A stretch of DNA of 64,000 bases, from positions 73,726,399 through 73,790,398 of the forward strand of contig NC_057717.1 of the NCBI RefSeq assembly GCF_004010195.1. The letters are read 5' to 3'. How positions within the stretch are numbered: the stretch's first letter is position 1; every line of letters begins with the position of its first letter. The notes below the pieces were generated by a model. It was not told where the DNA came from and did no database searches. It saw only the letters and a list, made by a program, of their open reading frames with translations. The DNA is from Chiloscyllium plagiosum (taxonomy: Eukaryota). Shown here piece after piece: positions 14,300 through 26,871 of this stretch. The position numbers were made by a program, and so were the translations under genes.

Positions 14300-17200
14300 T
14301 TTCTTCCTCCCACACTACCGCCCAACTGCAGTAGTGCTTATATGTTCCCCAGCACCCATGTTGTGTGTCCAAGTGTGAGACACAGTGAAAGACAAAAGAT
14401 GTACAAGTTTGTTATTCAGTTTACACAGCCATGAAGAAAGGAAACACCAGGATGTCCAGTGACAAGCAAAGCCCTTCTCATCAAAAGGTAATGTTGCATA
14501 ATCAAATAAAAAGTGAAGGGGCGGGCAGGGATTAATTCAAAATAGAGTTGGAGCGAGAAACAAAATGCTCCACTGCGGTGATCACCTGTACCTGAACAGA
14601 TCGAAGGCGTTAGTAGATACCATGTGCTCCTTCTCAAGGGACACCCGGGTTCTGACATAACCCTTGAAGACCGGCAGGCAATCGGCCATAACGACCCCCT
14701 TCATGGCCGACTGCTTCGACTTGAATTGCCTGTCCTTTATTTATATTTTTCTTTTATTTCCATTTGCCCCACACTACCACCGAACGGCAGTAGTGCTTGT
14801 ATTTTCCCCAGCACCCATGTTGTGTGTGTGCAGTTGTTAGAACAGTGAAAGACAACAGGTGTACAAATCTTTATCCAATTTCCACCACGAGGAAGAAAAG
14901 AAATACCCGCGTCACCAGTGACAAACAATGCCCTTCTCGCCAAAGGGCAATGCTGCGTGATCAAAAATGTGAAGGGGAGGGTAGGGATTAAATCAAAATA
15001 GAGATGGAGGGGGAAATAAAGCACTATTTCCCTGTGGTGCACACCTCTCCCTGAACAGCTCGAGGGAGGTGGTCGACACTGCGTGCTCCTTCTTCAGGGA
15101 AACCTGGGCTCTGACAGAACCATGGAAGAGTAGCAGGCAATCGGCCGTAACGACCCACTTCACGGGCCGTTGCTGGGGACATGAATTGTCTGTCTATTTT
15201 TTTCTCCACACTGCTGCCTAACAGCAGTAGTGCTTATTTCTCCCCAGCACCCATGTCGTGCATGTTCAGGTGAAGGACACATTGAAAACAACAAGTGTGC
15301 AAAAGTTTATTTATATTCCACCACCAGGAAGATAAGAAACACCCGAGTGGCCACGGACAAGCAATTCCCTTCTCATCAAAGGGCAATACTGCGCGATTCT
15401 AAAGCGCCTGATATATTTTTATTTTCTTTCTGTGGAGTCAGTCACCTAAACTGAGGAGATTGCAAATCTCCCGGTTATATTTTCAATTTTTTTAAATTTT
15501 ATTTTTACCCCCACACTACCACCTAAATGCGTCAGTGCTTATTTTCCCCCCAGCATCCATGATGGTTGTGTGCAGGTGTGAGATAAAATGAAAGATAACA
15601 GGTGTACAACTCACTATTCAATTTCCACCACCAGGGAGAAAGTAAACACCCTATTGGCTAATGACAAAAAAATGCCCTACACTTCATAAAGTAATGTGCA
15701 TGATCAAAAAAGTGAAGGGGAGGGCAGGGATTAAATTAAAATAGATTTGGAGCGGGAAATAAAATACACCACTCCCTGCGATTCCCACCTCCCCCCGAAC
15801 GGCTAGAAGGAGTTGTTAGAGACCGCATACTCCTTCTGTAGGGACACCTGGGCTCTGACATAACCACAGAAGTGGGACAGGCAAGCGGCTATAACGACCC
15901 TCTTCACTGTCCACTGCTTGGACATGAATTGTCCGTCTATTTTTCTTTAAGGAAATCCAGAAAGCAAACAATCTCAATAAACAATAAAGTGGAAACAAAG
16001 TACTTCAAAATAAACTCCTCCTTAGTGCGAGGACATGAAGAAAAATCAGTCTCCTCTCCTCTCTTCTTTAAAGAGCAGAGTCATTCCCTGCACACTGATA
16101 ATGCCCCGTTTATTTCATTTTTATTTCCCCCACACTACCACCTAACTGCAGTAGTGCTTATTTTTCCCTAGCACCCATGTTGCGTGCATGCTGGCGTGAA
16201 ACACAGTGAAAGACACAAGGAGAACAATTCTTTATTCAAATCCCCTTCTGCCGAGACACCCGGGCTCGAACGTACCCACCGAAGTGGTGCAGGCAATTAT
16301 CCATAATGTCCCTCTTCACAGCCCACTGCTTGGACCTGAATTGCTTGTCTTTCTTAAAATTTCTTTTGCTTTCCCCACCCGACCACCTAACTGCGGTAGT
16401 GCTTATTTTGTTTTTTTCCCCAGCGACGCAGTGAAAGACACAAGGTACACGAATCTTTACTCAGTTTCTACCATCAGGAAAAAAGAAAACACTCGAGTGG
16501 CCAGTGACGAGTAGTGCCCTTCTTAGACTGCAATGCTGCGTGATCAAACAGTGAGGGGGAGGGCAGGGAATAAATCAAAATAGACGTGGACGGGGGAATA
16601 ATACACTCCACTCCCAGCGGTGCCTTCCTCTCGCTGAACAGCATTAGGACACTGCGTGCCCTTTCTCCAGAGACACCCGGGCTCGAACGTACCAACTGAA
16701 GTGGTGCAGGAAATCATCCATAATGACCCTCTTTACCGCCCACTGCCTGGACCTGAATTGCTTGCCTTTTTTTTCCTTTGAGTGACACTTTTGTTTTCTT
16801 ATATTTTCCCCAGCGCCCATGTTGAATTTCCTGTTTACTTTTTGTTTGTTTGTTTTTTCTTTTTCCTCCCCCAGCACCCATGTTGTGTGTGTTCAGCTGT
16901 GAGACATTGTGAAAGACACAAGGTGTACAAATCTTTATTCAATTTCCACCACCAGAAAGAAAACAAAACCCGAGTGGCCAGTGACAAGCAGTGCCCTTCA
17001 CAGCAAAAGGCAATGCTGTGTACTCAAACAGTGAATAGGAGGGCAGGCATTAAATCAAAATGGAGTTGGAGGGTGAAGTAATGCACTCCACTCCCTGCAG
17101 TGCCCATCTCTCCCTGAACAGCTCACTGGTGTTGGTGGGCACCGTGTACCTATTCTGCAGAGACACCCGGGCTCGAACACACCCACCGAAGTGGGGCAGG

Positions 17201-18980
17201 AAATTGGCTATGAAGACTCTCTTCACTGCCCGCTGCCTGGACCGGAATTGCTTGTCTATTTTTTTATTACCCCGACACTACGGCCTAATTGCGATAGTGC
17301 TAATTATTTTTTTCCGCAGCACCCATGTTGTGTGTATGCAGGTGTGAGACACAGTGAAAGGCAAAGGTGTACGAATCTTTATTCAGTTTCCAGAACCAGG
17401 AAGAAAGGAAGCACCCGTGTGGCCAGTGACAAGCAGTGCCCTTCACATCAAAAGGCAATGCTGCGTCATCAAACAGTGAAGGTCAGGACAGGTGTTACAT
17501 CGAAATAGATTTGGAGGGGGAATTAATGCACTCCACTCCCTGTGGTGCCCATGTCTCCCTGAACAGCTCAAGGGTGCTGGTGGGCACTGTGTGCCCCTTC
17601 TGCAGAGACACCCAGCCCCGAACGGACCCACTGAAGCAGGACAGACGAGTGGGCATAATGACCCTCTTCATTGCCCGCTGCCTGGACCTGAATTGCTTGT
17701 CTTTTTTTTTGTTTATTTCACAATCCTGTTCATTTTTCTTTCCTTTTTTACCCCCTTTCCCCAGCACCCAAGTTGTGTGTGTGCAGGTGTGAGACACAGT
17801 GAAAGACACAAGGTGCACGAATCTATATTCAATTTCCACCACCAGGAAGAACGGAAACACCCAAGTGGCCTGTGACAATCAGTCCCCTTCACATCAAAGG
17901 ACAATGGTGCGTGATCAAACAGTGAAGTGGAGGGCAGGGATTAAATCAAAATAGATTTGGAGGGGGAAATAATGCACTCCACTCCCTGGAGCGCCCATCT
18001 CTCCCTGAACAGCTCAAGGATGTTGGTGGGCACCGTGTGCTCCTTCTGCAGAGACACCCGGGCTAGAACGCACCCAGTGAAGCGGGGCAGGAAATCGGCC
18101 ATAATGACCCACTTCACTGCGCGGTGGCTGGACCTGAATTGCTTCTCTATTTTTTTCCCCAGCAGCCATGTTGTGCGTGTGCAGATGTGAGACACTGTGA
18201 AAGACACAACGTGCACGTATCTATATTCAATTTCCACCACTAGGAAGAAAGAAAACACCCAACTGGCCAGTGACAAGCAGTGCCCTTCACATCAAAGAAC
18301 ATCACATGCGTGATCAAACAGTGAAGGGAGGGTAGGGATTAAATCAAAATAGAGTTGGAGGGGGAAAAATGCACTCCAATCCCCGCAGCGCCCACCACTC
18401 CCTGAACAGTTCAAGAGTGTTGGTGGGCACCGTGTGCCCCTTCTGCAGAGACACCAGGCCTTGAACGCACCCACCAAAGCGGGCAGGCAATCGGCCATTC
18501 TGACCCATTTCACTGCCGGCTGCTTGGACCTGAATTGCTTGTCTTTCTTTAAAGAGTGAACAAAACCTCTCGCATTCTTGTTCATTTTTTTAGAATTGGT
18601 TGTCTTTCGTTTTTCTATGTACAAGTGTAAGGCACAGTGAAACACACAAGGTGCACGAATCTTTATTCAGTTTCCACCAACAGGAAGCAAAGAAACATCC
18701 GAGTAGCCAGTAACAAGCAGTGCCCTTCATATCAAAGAGCGATGCTGCGTGATAAAGCAGTGAAGGGGAGGGCAGGGATTAAATCGAAATAGAGTTGGAG
18801 GGGGAAATAATTCACTCCACTCGCTGCAGCGTCCACCTCTCCCTGAACAGTTCAAGGGTGTTGGTGGGCACCGTGTGCCACTTCTGCAGAGACACCCGGG
18901 CTCGAATGCACCCACCGAAGCGGGGAAGGCAATCGGTCATAATGACCCTCTTCACTGCCAGCTGCCTGGACCTGAATTGC
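14300..18980 (-). repeat. Tandem array of ~10-11 units (~400-460 bp) of the Tx1 3' end
   Basis: Units end on the + strand at a GGACCTG|AATTGC-like junction near 14729, 15189, 15932, 16344, 16761, 17251, 17696, 18142, 18538 and 18980. The minus strand encodes RARVSLQKEHTVPTNILELFRERWALQGVECIISPSKSILI*, matching copy A's ORF2 end, followed by AATAAA and an A-rich tail. Confidence 0.92.
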
Positions 18981-19649
18981 TTGTGTATTTTTTTAAAGTG
19001 AACAGAAACTCTAGCATTCCTGTTATTTTTTTTTTCGATTTTTTTCTTTTTTTTACCTTTATAATTGCTTGTCTATATTGGTCAGCTGGCCTTCCTGATT
19101 GGGTGGGATTAACAGATCGAATCAAGTGTGTCATAGTAAACAGGATCCACTTGGTTCTAATCAGTACAGGACCCAACATGAAATTTCATTTGCCTCCATT
19201 ACAATTAGAATAATTCTCTATTTTAAATAATTCTTCTCACATAACCCACCCTCTGAAACTATTCACCATACCTCTCAGGAGCTCTCGCAATAGTGCAGCT
19301 GTACATCACCTTTCTCGAAATGTAAGCGTAATGAGGATATATTTGACCTGGAGGGAATGGAGACTTCATTCATCAGGACGTAGTCTGCATTAGAGCAGTT
19401 TAGCTATGAAAAGAGTCTGGATAGGTTTTGATTGCTTTCTTTGAAGCAGAGAAACCAGCAAGAAAACCTGATTGAGGTGCAAAAGAATACCAGGGTTATG
19501 GACAGGATATGAAGCAGCGTTTCCCCTTAGGTGATGATGCATGATTTTTAAAATATTGGGCATGAGAGGTGGGTTTCCGGATTTTCTTTCAACCAGACAG
19601 TGGTTGGAAGATGGCCTGAGGGCTCTCTGATTCTTCACAAAGAGAACTG

Positions 19650-20750
19650 TTCATTTGAACAACTTCACCTTTATTTCCTCTCATTTGTTAAGCACAAACA
19701 TGTGTGTATAAATATCTGCATGGGCACCAGTTTGTTTGTTGCTTTGTGAGTTAGCTCGAACACTCGATGACCTAGGTCCTACTCCCAAAAGCTCTTTCTG
19801 TAGCACATCGATTACATTATTACTACTGCTTTCCACTCTCGTGCAGAATTTGAAAAAAAATATAAATATTGCTTCCAATTTCTATCCTTTATGCACATTC
19901 ACCTAATATGTCTCTGAGACCACACGCCCCATTCTTGTTTCCATTTCTAGAGGTAAGGAGGCCACTGATATTCATTACAAACCAACCAAATCCCAGAGTT
20001 GCCTTGGCTACATAGCCGCATACGCTACTTCCTATATTGATAAACATTGCATTGTCCCAGATCCTCCATCTCCGACATATCTGTTCTGTCAATGCTACTT
20101 TCTGAAAGGGAGTCTCAAAAAAATTTTATCATTTCCCTCAACTGAGGATTCCATGCTTGAGAGTGCCCTGAGCCATAGCCAACCCATTTCCTGTACTACT
20201 GCCCTTACGCCATCCACACCACCACAAAGAAAGAGTTTCCTCTGTTTCCACACCAGCAGCCTCCATATTCAAAGGATCATTAGCTGCCACCTTTGGCAAG
20301 AACCCACCATCAGAATTTTTTTTAACTTGTGTCCCTTAACAGCATTTACAGGCACCATTTCCTCTGGAACATGGTGCTCCAATCGTAAACCATCGTCACA
20401 CACCCAGAACAACTTCACATGCAATTGCAGATGGTCTAACACTTGTCAATTTACCTGCTCCCTTCACATGATCGAAGACCCAAGTTCACTTTTCAATTGA
20501 AGCAGCGATTAACCTTTACCTAAATCGATTAGCATTCACTGCTCACAATACGTTCTCCTTTACATGCAGAAAAGAAATGCAGGTTGGCTAATAGCTTTGT
20601 CGAACATCTGTGCCATGTCTGTAAAAATTACCCCGCGCTTCCAGTTGCCAACCTGCTTCAATACAGTCGTAGGCCGGCAGTAGTGCTCCAGAAAAAATCA
20701 AAATGTGCTGAAGGAATAGCGCATTATCTTGCAGATAGATAAAAATTTAA
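19650..20750 (+). mobile_element. Highly decayed Penelope-like element (RT / GIY-YIG region) fragment
   Basis: Degenerate similarity to PLE RT (aacttcacctttatt..atgggcacc..gcacatcgatt) and to a downstream endonuclease-like segment. No intact ORF. Confidence 0.5.
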
Positions 20751-22599
20751 TGTAATTGGCAAAGAACGTAAACAAACTCCTCCAGATTTTTTCAACTCCT
20801 AACCTGAAATCTCTTTTGCATGAAGTATTCTCAGCACAGTCAAGATATATTTTTAACATCCCGTAAGGCCTCCTAACAGGCTTTTGTTGCCTTTACGTTT
20901 ATATTTGATCATAGCATTCTTCATTGTGCTTTAATTTCTACCAGTTCTCATAGTGGTGTAATAAACATAAGCCTTCAGATGATTTTGCATGGAGTGCAGG
21001 GTTAATAACACATGGCGTCATCACGAATTTATTCGAAATAACTCATTTTAACATTTATAAGCAGTAACGCAAATTCTCTTAGCATTTGTTTCAGCATTAC
21101 CTAAGAATATACTATGGGATTTGTATACCACTATGGCTTTTCCTTTTATTGCTTTGGATGGTCCATTTGAGAGTTCACTGTAAAATTCTTAGACAATGTA
21201 GCTAATTATCTGGTTAATTTTGAACTTGTTACACCTATGACGTCAATGCCCTAGAACTCATGAGCAAAGAAAATGTGCATAGTTTATTGTTAATATTGAA
21301 TTAACCAATGATGGGTATCTTTATGGGTTTGTGCCTGTACTTACATGATTTCTTTTGAATAGTTAATAATATCTATGCAGCTGTTCCTCAGTATTATATT
21401 TGCCAAGATCAAGTGAAGCCTTTTTTGTCATTTTCAACGTAAGCTATAAATTAAATGACTCTACCTTCATGTAATAGATATATTCTAATGTACAACCAAT
21501 TGTGAATAAGTATCCTAATTATGAGTTATTTGTGCCCTCTTAACACTCAGGTGTAACATTGTTCACTTGTGTACGACTATCATATTGATTCAAAAAATGC
21601 CTTGTAAACATATTCTAACTTATTCTCCCGATTGATTATATCAATCGAAGCATAACAATTATTTGCAAAAATATTTGCTGGCATATTATTTTTCATATCA
21701 TAATTAGCTCAGATTCAAATAAACGCTAATTGTAAATACATTCCTTATCTATGTGTAATATATCTGTGTTTGAGATCTAATTAAACATGATTGTTAGAAT
21801 ATAATTGATGACATGATACAGATTGATTTAGATAATTATTTTTGTCCACCAAATGCTTTCAGAATATACAAAAAGGGATAAAAATTTGCAGTTGCTGGTG
21901 CATGGCGTGCACAATTCTACTGAATAGTTCAAGTCGAATCGAGTTTGAGCGTCTTACTATACAGTATCAATCAATCTGAGGGTTGTTGATATAAATGTTT
22001 AACAGCAGAAAGGAGAGAAACACAGTTGAAAGTTAACACATATTCATGCAGGAAGGACATTGCAAACTACTTGCATGACAAGTTTTTAAGATTTGAAAAT
22101 GTTGTCAAGGTCTAATGGACTGCGTCAGGATTTGCTATAAAGCAGTCTTGCAGAAAAGTAATGCAACAAAAAGTAAGTTGGAGATGATTCGTCTAAGACT
22201 GACAGGGTAATTCACCTCGACCTCTTGATAAAGTCTGGCAAGATAATGCTTCTGATCTCTTGTAAGAACAAAAGTTGCCTTCGTTTAAGATCTCATTCGA
22301 AAGGCTATCTCAGAGTGTACAGTATTTAGTTAACACAGACACTGCTACTGCCTCTGACTTCTGTGCTTCAATTAATGGAAGGGTGAATTTACAATGTCCT
22401 CTTGCTTCGGAAAGGAGCTGACACCCACCCAGTGATAGATATTTGATGATGAATAGGAGCAAAACCAAGAGGGAATGAAACAGACAGAAGGTTGATTTAT
22501 GATGATAAGTTGGTGGCAGAAAAAAAAAGCTTTTTTTTTTCTTTTAGCAAACTGCATGGTGATCGAATGACCTTTGCAAACGGGGATGGTTAACATGTA

Positions 22600-22720
22600 A
22601 ACAGGAAACCCACAATGATCATGTAAATGATTCTGTACTTTCCATCAGCTACTTTTCAATGCTGAAGATAATTGCTACAGCTGTGCATTTTAGTTTGTAT
22701 TGCCTCAAGGCTGTGGTCCA
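22600..22720 (+). promoter_or_regulatory. Candidate proximal promoter motifs of the IgSF gene (ETS, RUNX-like, E-box)
   Basis: ACAGGAAA at 22601-22608 abutting CCCACA, CAGCTG at 22678-22683, TGTGGT at 22712-22717; all 55-175 bp upstream of the ATG. Confidence 0.35.
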
Positions 22721-22772
22721 CAAAGAAAATAAGCCATTTTAAATGTCACAGTGAGAACTTCACCGACAGGCA

Positions 22773-22815
22773 ATGAATATCTTACCTCTCTGCACGCTGC
22801 TTCAGCTTTTGGCAG
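22773..22815 (+). CDS. IgSF VJ-C1 receptor exon 1: leader peptide MNILPLCTLLQLLA(V)
   Basis: ATG, short hydrophobic run, CAG|GTTTGA donor in phase 1 that matches the V exon. Confidence 0.75.
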
Positions 22816-23372
22816 GTTTGACTGACTTACTTTAAAATTTCAGTGTACTTCTGGTGAACGATGAAAGAGAAATTTGGTCAAGAGAATTCTTAAGTGCTGA
22901 ATTATTTGTGACGAAGAACTCTACTCTCAAATGACTGTAAATTAAACAGTTTTAGCATATTTCGTGGGTTGTAAAAGGGGAACCGGGTGAAAAGTCAATT
23001 TACAGCTCTGGGTCAGTATTCAGTCTTCCATCAAAGTGATGGAAACAGTAATTACGTTAATTATAGAATTGCTATTTGCCAGATCATCCTCTGCCCCTCT
23101 GTGCAAACTTATTTTTTCCACTTTGAATTTATGACCGTAGTTATAAGTATTTTCATTGCTGGTATAGGTTCTTTCTATCGTTCCTTCGTTCTTTATTTCT
23201 TTCTCCTCCTATTGATTCAAGTTTCTCAATTATCGATTTATATAATTCGTTATTTTGATTTATAGTCATTCCGGAAAAATGATGCTTTCCACACTTCAAC
23301 CATAAAATCTGTGCTAAGCAGGCAATTTTGTGAAGCTCATCAGAATTGTTTGTAATACACTCTGTTTTATAG

Positions 23373-23711
23373 TTACTGTCCCTCAGAAAACGTTCCCGCA
23401 GATGCCAGCGCATCAGATGGTCTCAATTGGAAACACAGTTAAATTGCATTGTCATACGGGTCAGTTGATTTATGATGCCGTTCTATGGTATAAACAACAG
23501 CTGCGAGAACGTTTGCAATTCGTTTACACCGTGGGCAAGCACTTACCTCCAGATGGAAGATTTTCTGGAGAAGTGAACAACAAATCCACTGAGTATTCGC
23601 TTGTGATTCGCAATATCCAGAGAAATGATTCTGGTATATATTACTGCTCCAATAGGAAATCGTACCTTAACCCCTTAGTATTCGGAAATGGATCAAAAGT
23701 CCTCATAACAG
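23373..23711 (+). CDS. IgSF VJ-C1 receptor exon 2: V-set domain with germline-joined J segment
   Basis: Acceptor ttttatag. Motifs G.TVKLHC, WYKQQ, RFSG, YSLVIRNIQRNDSGIYYC and J motif FGNGSKVLIT. Donor G|GTAAGA. Phase 1 at both ends. Confidence 0.95.
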
Positions 23712-23798
23712 GTAAGAATAGCAACAGACTTACAGATTTCACTATCAATAATCAACAACGTTAACTCATATTTTTATGTTATCTCCCAAAATCATCAG

Positions 23799-24101
23799 GC
23801 CGACCCAAAATAATCATTTTGTCTACACCGCTGGATGAAATGTTTCCTTTGGAATTTGTCCCATTGATGTGTTTAGTGAGCAACGTGATATCCGATACTG
23901 CTGTCATCGACTGGAATATATCCACTTGGGATGCTAAGGGTTGGTCAGATTTTGTGACAATGAATTCTGCCACGGCATACAGTATCATAAGTCACATCAG
24001 AGTTCCAGCAGAAGCGTGGAAATATGATACTGTCTGTACTTGCTCAGTTCAAATCAACTCAACTGCAATTCTTGTCAGTGAAAAGCTCTTATATCAGAGA
24101 G
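23799..24101 (+). CDS. IgSF VJ-C1 receptor exon 3: C1-set-like constant domain
   Basis: Follows an 87-nt intron. GRPKIIIL...LMCLVSN...VIDWN...YSIISHIRVPAEAWKYDTVCTCSV. Donor G|GTAAAT. Phase 1 at both ends. Confidence 0.9.
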
Positions 24102-25479
24102 GTAAATATTGGACATCACAGTTGATCTTTCGGGTTAATTTGAATATTAGATTTTATTGTGAATAATACGTGCTTTCATCCATTAACGGTGCTCCCTTTC
24201 TTTGCATCAATGTCTGAATTTTCAAACAATTACCTCCTTCAGATAACTCAATCGAAATTTAACTTATTGAATGATTATGAGAATCCGTTGAAGTAATGCA
24301 TGGTCTGACCGTCTTCTGCTTAAAATGGAAAAAGAATGATCTAATTCGAGTTCACTACGTTCTCTGATAATATTTCTGAATTGTTCTCTGTGTTTCATAG
24401 CATTCATATCACAGAAATACATAATGTAGCTAAAAACAATCAGTGATTAAAACGAAATTAACATTTATTTAACTGTTCGTTCAAGGATCTTCCAAAATAT
24501 TTATTTTGATGAAGCTATCACAATATTTGGCTGTCTTTATCCCACGAGTATTTAAGAAATCTGAGTGCTTCATGTCCACGTCAAAAGATGTTGTCCAATA
24601 CTATCCTATCAAATTATTTCACAAGCCGAGTTCCTCTTTCAGAGCAACAACAAAAGATAGGTTTTTCAATTATTTTAATTGGTTCAAACATTATCTTCTC
24701 GTCTCACTACAGTAAATCATTTTCTTGAATGTTCTCCACTGCATGTATATACATTTGCAATTGAGCAGCATATCGGTCCATCATGCTTAAAGTTTGAGTA
24801 AATCAATATTCGTTTGGCGTAATCCATCACTTGTTATATTGCTTTGCAACTCTGTGTTTGCTGATGTAAACTTTTATCCTTCACTTTGGTCCTTATCAGC
24901 CTATGTGAATTTACATAATTTGAACTTTTTTTCCACATAGCGCCAATCACCTGCTATTGGGAAAAAAAGAGTCCACAAAATATTTCATCCAACAGAGATA
25001 ATTAAGGATTATTTAGTTGAATATAGTTGTGGAAAGCAAAATGGGTTTTGGATAAAGATTTTGACTTCAAATCACCATTCAAGTCATGAAAAGTTATAAA
25101 TTGGGGCGAGGACTGGTTGTGAGGGATGTAAATATTTATGGAACTGATGTCAAAAATATTTCAGATAGCATTTCTAAGCGAACACTTTAAGATTAAATGA
25201 TGAAAGGCGATGTGAACTTTATGTAATTCAATAAATTTGTGCCTCACACATCAATATCTTCACACTTCAAAATCTTCACCCTTCTCAACAGACACAAATT
25301 ATTGTTTGTTACGGAAAATATAAAACTGGCAATATGGATGAAACGATGTGCAACAGAAACGAGAAAAGCAGCTGTTGTTTGGAACAGATAAACAGATGTA
25401 GAAGTACAAACAGACGTTTAGATTTTGCGTTAATACAGCAATTTGTAGAAATTTGCAAATGTACATTCTGCCGAACAGG

Positions 25480-26660
25480 ATGATACTTGCAAAGTTCTGT
25501 TGTTCTATAAAACGGACACCAGTAAGATCACATGGAATGCAGGGAGAGTTAGACATTTGGAAACATAATTGGCCTGAATGTAGAAAAGAGAGTCTCGCGG
25601 TGGATGGTTGATTTTTGAATTGAAGGCCTGTGACAATTGGTGTGCCACAAGGATTGGTGCTATGTCCCCTGCTTTTTTTCCATTTAGGTAAATGATTTGG
25701 ATGCGAACATAGGAGGCATGATTAGTAGATGTTCAGATGTCACCAAAGTTGTTGGTGTAGTGGACAACCAAGAAGGTTAACTCAATGTACAATTGGACGT
25801 TGGTCAAATGGGCTAATGGGTTAAGGAGTGGCAGATGGAGTTCAATTTAGATAAAGATGACGTGCTGCATTTTTGTAGGCAAACCAGGGAGGGACTTATA
25901 CAGATAATGGTAAGGTCCTGTGAGTGTTGCTGAACAAAGAACGTTGAAGTGCAGGTTCACAACTACTGAAAATGGGAATCGTGCATAGAGAGGATTGTAA
26001 AGAAGGCTTTTGATCTACTTGTGAGTTAGTACACTGCGTCTAGTAATTGAAAATAATATTGCACCTGTACACGACATTGTTTAGGCCACATTTGGAATAC
26101 TCCCTTCTATTCTGATCTCTCTGATGAAGAGAGGCTGTGCGAAACTTTAAAAAGTTCAGAAAAGATTTGCAAGGAAGGTTCGAAACTTTAAAAAGTTCAG
26201 AAAAGATTTGCAAGGAAGGTTCCGTGTTTGAAGAGTTTGAGCTATAGGTAAAGTATTAATGGTTGTGGTTGATGTTGCCTGGAGTGTCCGAGGTAGAGAG
26301 GTGATCATTCAGAAGTTTATAAAATCATGAAGGACATGTGGCGAGTGAAGACCCAAGGTCTTTTCTACAGAGTAGGGGAAAAGGTTTAAGTTGAGAGGGG
26401 ATAGATTGAAAAGGGACTGAGAGGTAACTTATTCATGCAGAGGATCATGGGTATATGGAGTGAGTTACCCGAGGAAATGGTGGACGCTGCTACAATTACA
26501 ATATCTAAAAGCCATCATGAGGGTTATATGAATAGCAACGTTTAGAGGGATATGGGCCAGATGCTGGCAAAATAAGACTGGATTAAAGTGGGTGTATGGA
26601 TAGCATGGACAAGTTCGAAAGAACGGCCTCTTTATGTGTTGTACATCTGTATGACTCTAC
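25480..26660 (+). mobile_element. Old CR1 3' fragment in intron 3
   Basis: Degenerate RT/3' sequence (gtgccacaaggattggtgct, gagtggcagatggagttcaat) with a tatgactcta-type tail. Confidence 0.8.
26140..26221. repeat. Perfect 41-bp tandem duplication
   Basis: cgaaactttaaaaagttcagaaaagatttgcaaggaaggtt occurs twice. Confidence 0.9.
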
Positions 26661-26871
26661 GATTCTGCGATTGTTTCTTTCCAGGCATGCCTCTCCTTCC
26701 TTTTTTCTCTCTCCATGTTTCCGTCTGTCTTCGATTTAATTTAATTCAGGACAAATATGAGTTGCACAATCGAGCCAGAATCGCCAGCTATTTTTGCATT
26801 GATGCGTCTCCTGAGCTGTCATTCGCATCCGTTGTTAATGTGCATTTTAGCTGTATCTCTGTCTTCCTTAG

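Noticed and set aside
14300-18980. CACAGTG heptamers in many array units as an RSS/D-segment array, or the array as CRISPR-like
   Set aside because: No nonamer at 12- or 23-nt spacing, no unique spacers; the units are LINE 3' ends.
22747-22774. CACAGTG, 12 nt, then ACAGGCAAT just upstream of the leader as a possible RSS
   Set aside because: The nonamer matches ACAAAAACC at only 4/9, and the position (5' of the leader) makes no sense for V(D)J joining.
23373-24101. Calling the gene a TCR, IgL or NITR
   Set aside because: No RSS or segment cluster, no charged TM residue, and a long Tyr-bearing tail; domain 2 looks C1-like. No symbol assigned without a search.
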